The notes below the pieces were generated by a model. The model was not told where the DNA came from. It did not search any database and saw nothing but the letters and a program-made list of their open reading frames with translations. A stretch of DNA of 55,786 bases, taken from Gemmatimonadota bacterium (GTDB taxonomy: Bacteria; Gemmatimonadota; Gemmatimonadetes; Gemmatimonadales; Gemmatimonadaceae). The position numbers and the translations under genes are program-made. Below are positions 29,282-37,546 of this stretch, in pieces (the stretch's first letter is position 1; each line of letters starts with the position of its first letter). The DNA lies in contig JANMLN010000098.1 of NCBI GenBank assembly GCA_031372565.1, forward strand, positions 1 through 55,786. The letters run 5' to 3'.

Positions 29282-29749
29282 TCACCCCCCCGCCCCTCTC
29301 CGCGCAAACAAGATGTAATCCACCGCCACCGGCTCGTGCCCGTCACGCCGCAGCAACGCGTTCACCTTGCCACGGTGGTAGTGCGCATGCATCGCCACAT
29401 GCTGCAAAATGTCGGCTTCGTCGGTGTCGAAGAGGTCGCCCTTGAGGTTCCCGTACTTGACGATGCGGTCGAGCTCAGCATCGGTCCGTCCCGACAGCAT
29501 GGCATGGAAGGTCGCGTGCAGGCGCTCGCGCTCGGCGGTCGCCTGCGAGGGCTCAAGCGCCGGAAAGACCGCGATCCGCGGCGTTTCGCTCGAGAGCCGG
29601 CACTGCCAGATGTCGTACGCGCCGAGGATGTGCGTGTACTCGCGCCAGGCATTGGCGGGGGTGCCCGCGGTCAGGAGCGCGCGCTCGAGCTCGGCGTCCG
29701 CGAGCGCGGCGTGCGCGTACAGTCGGCGGAGGAGATCGGCGGTGGACAT
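29282..29749 (-). CDS. DinB family protein
   Basis: 'HILGA..W..RL', 'DILQHVAMHAHYHRGKV..LR..G..P..DY'. Confidence 0.88.
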   Translation of the reverse strand: MSTADLLRRLYAHAALADAELERALLTAGTPANAWREYTHILGAYDIWQCRLSSETPRIAVFPALEPSQATAERERLHATFHAMLSGRTDAELDRIVKYGNLKGDLFDTDEADILQHVAMHAHYHRGKVNALLRRDGHEPVAVDYILFARRGAGG

Positions 29750-29765
29750 GAAGGTGGGCCGGAAG

Positions 29766-29795
29766 AAGCAGGTCCTTCGCTGCGCTCAGGACGAC
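29766..29795 (-). repeat. Palindromic repeat, inverted copy right of DinB gene
   Basis: AAGCAGGTCCTTCGCTGCGCTCAGGACGAC. Confidence 0.92.
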
Positions 29796-30562
29796 TACAC
29801 GTGCTTGCGGGCGAGGAACGACGGCGCGCCCATCGAGCGGTCGACCGAGATCTCCCACCCCGAGTAGCAGGCGCGCAGCTCGTCGAGCATCATCCCGTTG
29901 CTTCCGGCGGCGATGGCCTGCACGAGATGCACGCCGCCATCGCGCGTCGCCGCTTGCAGCAGGACGAGCACGCGAGCGCGGTCCGACGCGTCGAGCATGG
30001 CCAGCGCTTCGTGCGTGAACACGACGCCGGTCACCTGCTCGTCCGGATTCCAGTCGGCGAGCCCGCTCACCACGCCGACCACACGCTCAGCCAACCCTGC
30101 GGCGTGGGCTGCCGCCATCACGCGATCAACCACGTCCTCGTCGGCTTCGACCGCCGTCACCCGGCAGCCATGGGCCGCGAGAAAGAGTGCCGAGGCTTCG
30201 TCGCGCACGCCGGCGACGAGCACATTGGCCTGGTCGACCTGCGGCAGTGCGCGCACGAGCGGCGCATCCGGGCTCATCCCCCAGTGCATCGGGTCGCGGA
30301 ACTTGGCGATGGCGCGCAACCGGCGACGCTTCCACGTGTCGTACGTGGGGAGCTCGAGGCGGCGGCGAATGATGCGGTCCACCTCTTCGACCAGGAGCAT
30401 CTCGGTGAGCGCGATCTGGGTCGCGTCTTCGAGGCGCGCGACCGCTTCATCGCCGATGGCGAGGATGGCGTTGCGCGGGACCGAGTCCTTGTAGCGCTCG
30501 ATCTCGTTCTCGACGAAGAGCTCGTACTCGTACCGGAGCGAGCGCTGTGCGTGGAACACCAT
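29795..30562 (-). CDS. Hypothetical protein with degenerate class I SAM-methyltransferase-like domain
   Basis: 'VLVAG..ALFLAAHGCRVTAVE', 'ATRDGGVHLV'; start uncertain. Confidence 0.6.
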   Translation of the reverse strand: MVFHAQRSLRYEYELFVENEIERYKDSVPRNAILAIGDEAVARLEDATQIALTEMLLVEEVDRIIRRRLELPTYDTWKRRRLRAIAKFRDPMHWGMSPDAPLVRALPQVDQANVLVAGVRDEASALFLAAHGCRVTAVEADEDVVDRVMAAAHAAGLAERVVGVVSGLADWNPDEQVTGVVFTHEALAMLDASDRARVLVLLQAATRDGGVHLVQAIAAGSNGMMLDELRACYSGWEISVDRSMGAPSFLARKHV

Positions 30563-30677
30563 TGGGTCACCGGTCGTGTGGAGAACAATGGTGAACATAC
30601 GATAAACTGCGCGATACGCAAGAGACAAAGCTCACAGTGACAGCAACATAGCAGCACGAAACAAACATCCGTATTTG

Positions 30678-30707
30678 TGTGGATTCTCGAATCCACAATG
30701 TGGATAA
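30678..30707. promoter_or_regulatory. Cluster of DnaA-box-like 9-mers
   Basis: TGTGGATTC-TC-GAATCCACA-A-TGTGGATAA; the last is the perfect reverse complement of TTATCCACA. Confidence 0.5.
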
Positions 30708-30822
30708 CTCCGCGCTCCGACCAGCAGCCGGTCGAACGGAAGTCCAGTGTTGCCAGCAGGTTGCTTTACTCGTACCGTGCCCACGCCATCACACAGTTCG
30801 ACCGCCCACGAGGAGAAATCGC

Positions 30823-32424
30823 ATGCGTCGCGCACTGCCCATCATGATCGCTACTGTCGCGGTGCTGATCGGGCCCGCCGCATCCGCACGCGCGCAGGGA
30901 GCGCACCAGCACGATGCCGCTCAGCGCGCCCCGCGCCCCGCGAGGCTCGGCACCGTGCACTTCCCGACCTCGGCCACCGGCCAGGCGCAGGCCGACTTCA
31001 TCGAAGGGGTGCTCTATCTCCACTCGTTCGAGTACGAGGCCGCGCGCGATGCCTTTCGTCGAGCGCAGCAGCGCGCCCCCGGCTTTGCCATGGCGTACTG
31101 GGGCGACGCGCAAACGTGGAACCATCCGGTGTGGAATCAACGCGACGCGGATTCGGCGCGCGCCGCGCTCGCTCGGCTCGCGCCGACGGCCCAAGCGCGC
31201 GCGGCACGCGCCGCCACGGCGCGCGAGCGGGCGTGGCTCAACACGGTCGAGGTGCTCTACGGCGAGGGCCCCAAGCCGCTTCGTGATTCGCTCTACCTGC
31301 GCAGCATGGAAGCGCTGGCGGCCGAGCATCCGGACGACGACGCGAAGGTCTTTCTGGCGCTCGCCTGGCTCGGACTCAACCAGTCGGATCGTCGCGTGAG
31401 CGACTACATGCGCGCGGCAGCCCTCGCGCAGGAGGTGTTTGCGCGCAGCCCCGATCACCCGGGCGCAGCGCACCTCGTTATTCACGCGTTTGACGATCCC
31501 GAGCATGCCGTGCTCGGCCTCAAGGCGGCCCGCGCCTACTCGACGATCGCCCCCGGTGCCGCGCACGCGCAGCACATGACGACGCACATCTTCCTCGCGC
31601 TCGGCATGTGGCCCGAGAACAACACGCAAAACCGGATCGCGCTCGACGCGAGCGGGGGTCGCTCCGGACACTACGCCGAATGGCTCGCGTACGGACTGCA
31701 GCAGCAGGGGCGGTTCCGCGAGGCGCAGCTGCTCGTCGATTCCATGCGCGCGACGGCCGGGAAGCCGGGCTGGCGCTGGGTCGGCTCGCTGCCCATGGTG
31801 CGCGCGTCGTACGTGGTGGATCGCGGCGACTGGTCGATCGCACGCGACCGTGCGCTCATCGAAGGGACGCGCTCGGTGGCCGCCGTCGCGACGGACGGTT
31901 GGCTCTACGCCACCGGGGCCGCGATGCGCCGCGACAGCGCGGGTGTTGCGGCGGGACTCGCGCGGCTGCGCAGCGCGGAAGCGGATGCCCAGGCGCACGC
32001 CGCGGGCGGTTCGCCGGCGGAGCGGCAATTGGTGTCGACACTGCGCGGGATGGCCGAGGGGGTGGAGTTGGCCGCCCGGGGCGACACGACGCGTGCGCTG
32101 GCTGCGCTGGCCAGTGCGCAGGCGACCTTCGACTCGGTGCCGGTGATGTTCGGTCCGCCGGTCACACCGATGCCGGTCGGCGAGTATCGCGCCGAGCTGT
32201 TGCTGGCGCGCGGACGCGCCTCGGACGCCATTGGCGCGATGGCCACGCTGCACGAGGTGTTGCGGGCGAATCCCGGTCGGTCGCGCGCGCTCACGCTGCT
32301 GGTGCGCGCGGCGCTGCTGGCGGGGGACACGGCCGTGGCCGCACGGGCTCGGGCACAGCTGGCACTCAACTGGGCGCAGGCCGACGATGGCGGGGCGGCA
32401 CTGCGCGCGCTCGCAGTGCGCTGA
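30823..32424 (+). CDS. Exported TPR-like repeat protein
   Basis: GAGGAG RBS; signal peptide; 'GV.YLHSFEY..FAMAYWG', 'PDHPGAAHLVIH', 'HAQHM..HIF'. Confidence 0.8.
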   Translation: MRRALPIMIATVAVLIGPAASARAQGAHQHDAAQRAPRPARLGTVHFPTSATGQAQADFIEGVLYLHSFEYEAARDAFRRAQQRAPGFAMAYWGDAQTWNHPVWNQRDADSARAALARLAPTAQARAARAATARERAWLNTVEVLYGEGPKPLRDSLYLRSMEALAAEHPDDDAKVFLALAWLGLNQSDRRVSDYMRAAALAQEVFARSPDHPGAAHLVIHAFDDPEHAVLGLKAARAYSTIAPGAAHAQHMTTHIFLALGMWPENNTQNRIALDASGGRSGHYAEWLAYGLQQQGRFREAQLLVDSMRATAGKPGWRWVGSLPMVRASYVVDRGDWSIARDRALIEGTRSVAAVATDGWLYATGAAMRRDSAGVAAGLARLRSAEADAQAHAAGGSPAERQLVSTLRGMAEGVELAARGDTTRALAALASAQATFDSVPVMFGPPVTPMPVGEYRAELLLARGRASDAIGAMATLHEVLRANPGRSRALTLLVRAALLAGDTAVAARARAQLALNWAQADDGGAALRALAVR

Positions 32425-32539
32425 CGTCGCCGACTAGCATTGGTGCGTGTCGGCGGACGCGCTCACGACGCTGCCAGAGCAAAGAATGAGCGCCACATGA
32501 GCGCCGAACGAGCAACGGACCGTTTCGTGGAGGGCGAGC

Positions 32540-33328
32540 GTGCCCGAGTTGCCTGAAGTGGAGCACGCCGTGCGGAGGCTGCGAGCGTGGATCGTGGGCC
32601 GCACGGTCACGGAGGTCGCGGTGCATCACGCGTCGATCCGGCGCACGCTCGCGCCCGCGGTGCGGCGTGCCCTGGCTGGCCGAACGGTGCGCGAGGTGTC
32701 GCGGCGCGGGAAGCACCAGTTCATTCACCTCGATGATGGCCGCGTGCTCCATGTGCACTTCCGCATGACGGGCGATTGGGCGCATGTCGACGCGGGCGAG
32801 GCCGAGCCGCCGCATGTGCGGATGACGCTGTCGCTCGAGAGCGGTGCGCGCGTGCTGCTCACCGACAGTCGTGCCTTGGCGACGGCAGTGTTGCTGCGCG
32901 ATCTCGCGCCGGTGCTCGCGAAGCTCGGGCCGGAAGCGGATGACCCATCGCTCGACGGCGACACCTTCCATGCGATGCTTGCGGGCAAGTCCACCCCGAT
33001 CAAGGCGGCCCTGCTGGACCAGCGCGTGCTCGCGGGGGTTGGCAACATCTACGCGTGCGAGGCGCTGTGGCACGCGCGCGTCGATCCGCGCACGGCGGCG
33101 GGCCGGTTGTCGCGTGTGCGCGCTGCGCGCGTGCTGGACGGCGTGCGCGTGGCGCTCGGGCGTGGCCTGCGCCGCGAAGGGCGGTACGCGGACGGCGACA
33201 GCCACGAGTTTCTGGTGTATGACCGCGAGGGCGCCGCGTGTCATCATGCGTGTGGCGCGACGATCCGGCGCATCGTGCAGGCGGGGCGGAGCACGTTCTA
33301 CTGCGCGCGGTGCCAGCGGTCGTCGTAA
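32540..33328 (+). CDS. mutM: Formamidopyrimidine-DNA glycosylase
   Basis: 'MPELPEVE', 'RRGK', 'HFRMTG', 'GVGNIYACE', C-terminal Zn finger. Confidence 0.93.
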   Translation: MPELPEVEHAVRRLRAWIVGRTVTEVAVHHASIRRTLAPAVRRALAGRTVREVSRRGKHQFIHLDDGRVLHVHFRMTGDWAHVDAGEAEPPHVRMTLSLESGARVLLTDSRALATAVLLRDLAPVLAKLGPEADDPSLDGDTFHAMLAGKSTPIKAALLDQRVLAGVGNIYACEALWHARVDPRTAAGRLSRVRAARVLDGVRVALGRGLRREGRYADGDSHEFLVYDREGAACHHACGATIRRIVQAGRSTFYCARCQRSS

Positions 33329-33422
33329 GGGAAGCGAAAAACCTGCGTGTCGACCTGAGCCTGTCGTCCTGAGCGAAGCGAAGGACCTGCTTGTCGTCCT
33401 GAGCGAAGCGAAGGACCTGCTT
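33319..33422 (+). repeat. Palindromic repeats left of GIY-YIG gene: degenerate, half copy, then two tandem full copies 33362-33422
   Basis: (TGTCGTCCTGAGCGAAGCGAAGGACCTGCT)x2, period 30. Confidence 0.93.
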
Positions 33423-33499
33423 TTCTCTCCCCGCAACCCTCCGCCCCTCCGCAATCTCCCGGTACCTCCCTCCCCACCCAGCGCGCGCAGACTCCCCCC

Positions 33500-33868
33500 A
33501 TGCCGCGCACCTACTGGGTCTACATCCTCGCAAGTCGGACTCGCCGCCTCTACATCGGCGTCACCGGCAGCATTCATCGCCGACTCGCCCAGCATCGCGA
33601 CCGCCTCGGCGGGAGCGACTTCGCCGGTCGCTACCGCATGGAGCGCCTCGTGCACGCCGAACCGTTTGGGCGGCCGGAGGATGCGATCCGACGGGAGAAG
33701 CAGCTCAAGGGGTGGGTGCGGGTGAAGAAGCTGGCGCTGATCTCGAAGAGCAATCCGACTTGGGAGGAGTTGGTGCCGTTTGAGGGGGGGAGGGGGAGGG
33801 AGGAGCAGAGGGAGAAGCAGGTCCTTCGCTTTGCTCAGGACGACAAGCGGGCTCAGGTTGACAATTAG
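33500..33868 (+). CDS. Stand-alone GIY-YIG nuclease family protein
   Basis: 'YWVYIL..LYIGVT..RRLAQH..AIRREKQLKGW.R.KK..LI...NP.W..L'; C-terminal tail reads through the right-hand repeat. Confidence 0.9.
   Translation: MPRTYWVYILASRTRRLYIGVTGSIHRRLAQHRDRLGGSDFAGRYRMERLVHAEPFGRPEDAIRREKQLKGWVRVKKLALISKSNPTWEELVPFEGGRGREEQREKQVLRFAQDDKRAQVDN
33815..33863 (-). repeat. Inverted palindromic repeat plus half copy right of the GIY-YIG core
   Basis: AAGCAGGTCCTTCGCTTTGCTCAGGACGACA..GCTCAGGTTGACA. Confidence 0.9.
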
Positions 33869-35031
33869 TCCAGCGCTTCGATCATCGCACCCTTGATGTA
33901 CCCGGTCTCGGGAATGCTCAGCACTTCCGGGTGATCACTCGGCTGCCCATAGATCGCGCGCAGCGCCAAGCGCCGCCCTGAATCCGCGGCCGCTTCCTGC
34001 AGCATGTCCAGAAAGAGCGCCTTGCTCACATGAAACGAGCAACTCGCGGTGAACAGGTGCCCGCCCGGCGCGAGAATCCGCATGGCGCGCAGGTTGACCT
34101 CCTTGTAGCCGCGCAGCGCCGCCGGCAGCGACGCCTTGCTCTTGGCAAAGGCAGGCGGGTCGAGCGCGATCGTGTCGAACCGCTCCTTCTTCCGCTCGGC
34201 CTCGCGCAACCACTCGAACGCGTCGGCCTCGACCGGCGTCATGTGCGCGAAGCCGTTGAGCGACGCGTTCTCTCGTGCCCGCGCCAGCGCCGGCGCCGAC
34301 GAATCGAGCGCAATCACCTCGCGCGCGCCGCGCGCCAGGTGCAGCGCGAACGAGCCGTGATACGCGAAGCAGTCCAGTGCGCGTCCGCAGCTCACGTGCC
34401 CGATGGCAGCACGGTTCTCGCGCTGGTCGAGGAAGGCGCCCGTCTTCTGTCCGTCCCACGGTGCGGCGAGGTAGCGCACGCCGTGCTCCTCGATCTCGAT
34501 CGTCTGCGGGACGTCGCCGCGGAGGAGCTCGACGCTCTCGATCAGTCCCTCGCGTCGCCGCAGCGCCACGTCGTTGCGCGCGAGGACCCCGGCAGGCGCA
34601 CAGACCCGCTCGATGGCGTCGACGATATCGCCGCGGCACGCCTCGAGCCCCGCGCTCATGAACTGCAGCACGATCCATTGTGCATAGCGGTCCACCACGA
34701 GCGAGGGCAATCCATCGCCTTCGCCGTGCACGAGCCGGTACGCGGTCGTGTGGCGATCCACGCCGTCGCGACGATCGAGCGCCACGCGCAGCATCCCTTC
34801 CCACCACGCGCCGTCGATGCGCGCGTTCGGGTCACGATCGAGCATCCGCAGCGAGATCTCCGACTGCGGGCTCCAGAGCGCCCACCCCAGCGCACGTCCG
34901 CTCTTCTCCCGTACCGCCACGACGCCCGGCACGGGCGACGGCGCGTCGATCACGTCCGACTTGAAGATCCACGGATGACCGCGCTGCCAGCGTCCCGCCC
35001 CGCGCCCCGAGACCACCGCCACCTCGCTCAT
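33865..35031 (-). CDS. rlmI: RlmI-like class I SAM-dependent rRNA methyltransferase
   Basis: PUA 'GHPWIF', 'GEGDGLP', 'GQKTGAFLDQRENR', 'LDPPAF'. Confidence 0.85.
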   Translation of the reverse strand: MSEVAVVSGRGAGRWQRGHPWIFKSDVIDAPSPVPGVVAVREKSGRALGWALWSPQSEISLRMLDRDPNARIDGAWWEGMLRVALDRRDGVDRHTTAYRLVHGEGDGLPSLVVDRYAQWIVLQFMSAGLEACRGDIVDAIERVCAPAGVLARNDVALRRREGLIESVELLRGDVPQTIEIEEHGVRYLAAPWDGQKTGAFLDQRENRAAIGHVSCGRALDCFAYHGSFALHLARGAREVIALDSSAPALARARENASLNGFAHMTPVEADAFEWLREAERKKERFDTIALDPPAFAKSKASLPAALRGYKEVNLRAMRILAPGGHLFTASCSFHVSKALFLDMLQEAAADSGRRLALRAIYGQPSDHPEVLSIPETGYIKGAMIEALD

Positions 35032-35657
35032 TGCGCTCCCTCCACGATGTCATCCATGGCGTCGCGCAGCGCCCGCGCCGCGCGTTCGGGGTCGCTGGCG
35101 CCCAGCACCGACCGGATGACCGCGACCCCTGCGGCCCCCGATGCAATCACGGCCCGAACGTTCGCGGGCGCAATCCCACCGATCCCCACGGCCGGTCGCT
35201 CGCACAGCGACATGAGCCGCGCAAAGCGCGCAATCCCGATCGCCATGCCGGCGTCGTCCTTGCTGTCGGTCGGATGCACCGGACCGATCCCCACGTAGTC
35301 CGCCGCCTTCGCATCGGCGATTTCGCGTTCCTCGCCGACCGAGGCGCCAATGATGAACCCTGCCGGCGTGATCCGTCGCGCGACCGCGGGGGCGAGGTCG
35401 TCCGCCCCCAGATGCACCCCGGCCGCGCCGGCCGCGAGCGCCACATCGACGCGGTCGTTCACGATCACGGGCACCGGGAGCGCCGCCACCAGCAGGCGCG
35501 CGACTTCCACGACCGCGCGGGGATCGACAGCTTTGAGGCGCAGCTGCACCATCGTCGCCCCGCCCCGCACGGCGGCGGCCGAACGGGACACCAACCCCGC
35601 CGGACCGTCGCGCAGGTCGTCGGTGATGGCAATCAGCCGCAGCGCCTGCACGTCCAT
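35028..35657 (-). CDS. thiE: Thiamine-phosphate synthase
   Basis: 'VQLRLK', 'IVNDRVD', 'GVHLG..D', 'GPVHPT.SK', 'IGGI'. Confidence 0.92.
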   Translation of the reverse strand: MDVQALRLIAITDDLRDGPAGLVSRSAAAVRGGATMVQLRLKAVDPRAVVEVARLLVAALPVPVIVNDRVDVALAAGAAGVHLGADDLAPAVARRITPAGFIIGASVGEEREIADAKAADYVGIGPVHPTDSKDDAGMAIGIARFARLMSLCERPAVGIGGIAPANVRAVIASGAAGVAVIRSVLGASDPERAARALRDAMDDIVEGAQ

Positions 35658-35678
35658 GTCCGTCACGAGGAGACCCCC

Positions 35679-36047
35679 ATGCCGTCTCTCCGCGCGATTC
35701 GCGGCGCGACACAGGTCGACGAGGATACCCCCGCCGCTATCGGCGACGCGACGCGCGAGCTGCTGCTGGCGATCATGGCCGACAATCGCCTCACCGCAGG
35801 GGCGCTCGTGAGCGCCACCTTCACGACCACCGCCGACCTGCGCTCCGCCTTTCCGGCCGCCGCCGCGCGCGCCATGGGCTGGGGCGATGTCCCGATGCTC
35901 TGCGTGCAGGAGATGGACGTGCTGGACGCCCTCCCGCGCTGCATCCGCGTGCTCCTCCACGCCGAAGTGCCCGTGCCGCGCCGAGACGTGCGCCACATGT
36001 ACTTGCGCGGCGCACGCGTGTTGCGCCCCGACCTGGGCAACGACTGA
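35679..36047 (+). CDS. aroH: AroH-type chorismate mutase
   Basis: 'RAIRGAT', 'FT.T.DL..AFPA', 'LPRCIRVL', 'YLRGA..LRPD'; GAGGAG RBS. Confidence 0.92.
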   Translation: MPSLRAIRGATQVDEDTPAAIGDATRELLLAIMADNRLTAGALVSATFTTTADLRSAFPAAAARAMGWGDVPMLCVQEMDVLDALPRCIRVLLHAEVPVPRRDVRHMYLRGARVLRPDLGND

Positions 36048-36063
36048 GACAACGGGCGCGCGC

Positions 36064-37110
36064 TCACGCTGGCGGAGGCGTCGGGGCGCGCGCGAGCGAA
36101 TCGGCTGCCGCAGCGCGCGCGGCCTTGGCCTTGGACGCTGCATCGCGCAGCGCATGCATCGCCTTCACCGACTTCGCGTGTCCGGCAAAGGTCGAGTTGA
36201 ACTCGTGGCGTCCGTCCTGCCCCGCCACGAAATACAGGTAGGGTACGTTGGCCGGATGCACGGCGGCATCGAGGCTCTTGGCTCCAGGCGCCGCGATCGG
36301 TCCCGGCGGGAGCCCCTTCACCTTGTAGGTGTTGTACGGCGACGACACGCGCAGGTCGCGGAAGAGCACCCGCCCCGGCTTGCGACCCAAGGCGTACTGC
36401 ACGGTCGGGTCGGCCTGCAGCGGCATCCCCTTTCGCAGCCGGTTGTGATACACCGCGCTGATGAGCGGGCGTTCTTCGTCCTTCACCGCTTCCTTCTCGA
36501 TGATCGACGCGAGCGTCACGACGTCGTGTCGCGACCAGTGCATCGCCTCTGCCGCGGAGTCGAGCGCGGGGGTCCACGCCTTCTCGAAGGCGCGCACCAT
36601 GTCGGCCACGATCGTGAAGGCGTCGGTGCCGTCGGGATAGGTGTACGTGTCGGGGAACAGGTACCCTTCGACGGTTGGCGTCGGGATGTCGAGGCGACGG
36701 CGCAGGCTCGTGTCGCCCACGGCCTCTTCGAGCGAGTCGGCGCTGACCTTGAGTTCGCGCGCCAGCAGCGGCAACGACTCGAACAGGGGAAGTCCCTCGC
36801 GGATCGTGACCGTGTGCACGAGTCCCTTGCCGCGCACCAGGTCGTCGATGAGTTCGTTCCAGCTCGCGCCGGGCGCGAGCATGTACGTCCCGGCACGAAT
36901 CGCACGGTCGCGCTTGGCGAGGAAGCGCGCGTACAACCGGAACAGCGCGGGAAAGCGCACGACGCCACCGGCAGCCATCGAATCGGTGGCGGCGCGGAAC
37001 GAGGCGCCCGGCGGAATCACGATCCGGCGCGGCGCGCGGTCCATGGCATCGCCGCACGCCGCGAGCACGCCGAGCGATGCGAGCGATGCGAGCACGACGA
37101 GGCGTCGCAC
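36064..37110 (-). CDS. mltG: Endolytic transglycosylase MltG
   Basis: 'EGYLFPDTY', 'LASIIEKE', 'LQADPTVQY', 'SPYNTY..GLPPGPI'. Confidence 0.93.
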   Translation of the reverse strand: MRRLVVLASLASLGVLAACGDAMDRAPRRIVIPPGASFRAATDSMAAGGVVRFPALFRLYARFLAKRDRAIRAGTYMLAPGASWNELIDDLVRGKGLVHTVTIREGLPLFESLPLLARELKVSADSLEEAVGDTSLRRRLDIPTPTVEGYLFPDTYTYPDGTDAFTIVADMVRAFEKAWTPALDSAAEAMHWSRHDVVTLASIIEKEAVKDEERPLISAVYHNRLRKGMPLQADPTVQYALGRKPGRVLFRDLRVSSPYNTYKVKGLPPGPIAAPGAKSLDAAVHPANVPYLYFVAGQDGRHEFNSTFAGHAKSVKAMHALRDAASKAKAARAAAADSLARAPTPPPA

Positions 37111-37114
37111 GGCG

Positions 37115-37546
37115 CTACTCGGGCTGGAGCGCCATCGCGTGCTGCAGCAGCACGGTGGCAGCCAACGCATCGACGTCGCCCTTCCGCCCTTCCGTCGACC
37201 CGCCCATCTCGCGGATCGCACGGAGCGCGGCCGCGGTCGTGAATCGCTCGTCCACGAGTCGCACGTGCAGCCCGCTCCGCTTCGTGACCTCGAGGGCGAC
37301 GACGCGCACTTCGGCGCAGCGTGGCGTTTCGTCGCCGTTGCCGTCGAGCGGGAGCCCGATGATCATCGAGGTGGCCTCGAGTTCGCCGGCGCGCCGCAGC
37401 AGCTCCGCGATCGGCGGGCGCTTGCCCGCACGGCGCGCGATGACCCCCGCGGGCGACGCGATCATGCGCAGTTCATCGGTGATGGCGAGCCCGATGCGCT
37501 TGTCGCCCCAGTCCACGGCGATGAGTCGTCCGGGCGCGGCGGTCAT
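37115..37546 (-). CDS. ruvX: YqgF/RuvX pre-16S rRNA nuclease
   Basis: 'AVDWGDKRIGLA', 'GLP', 'DERFTT', 'DALAA..LLQ'. Confidence 0.92.
   Translation of the reverse strand: MTAAPGRLIAVDWGDKRIGLAITDELRMIASPAGVIARRAGKRPPIAELLRRAGELEATSMIIGLPLDGNGDETPRCAEVRVVALEVTKRSGLHVRLVDERFTTAAALRAIREMGGSTEGRKGDVDALAATVLLQHAMALQPE

Noticed and set aside
30600..30720. oriC
   Set aside because: Too few boxes, no clear unwinding element, and no dnaA/dnaN/gidA neighbours.
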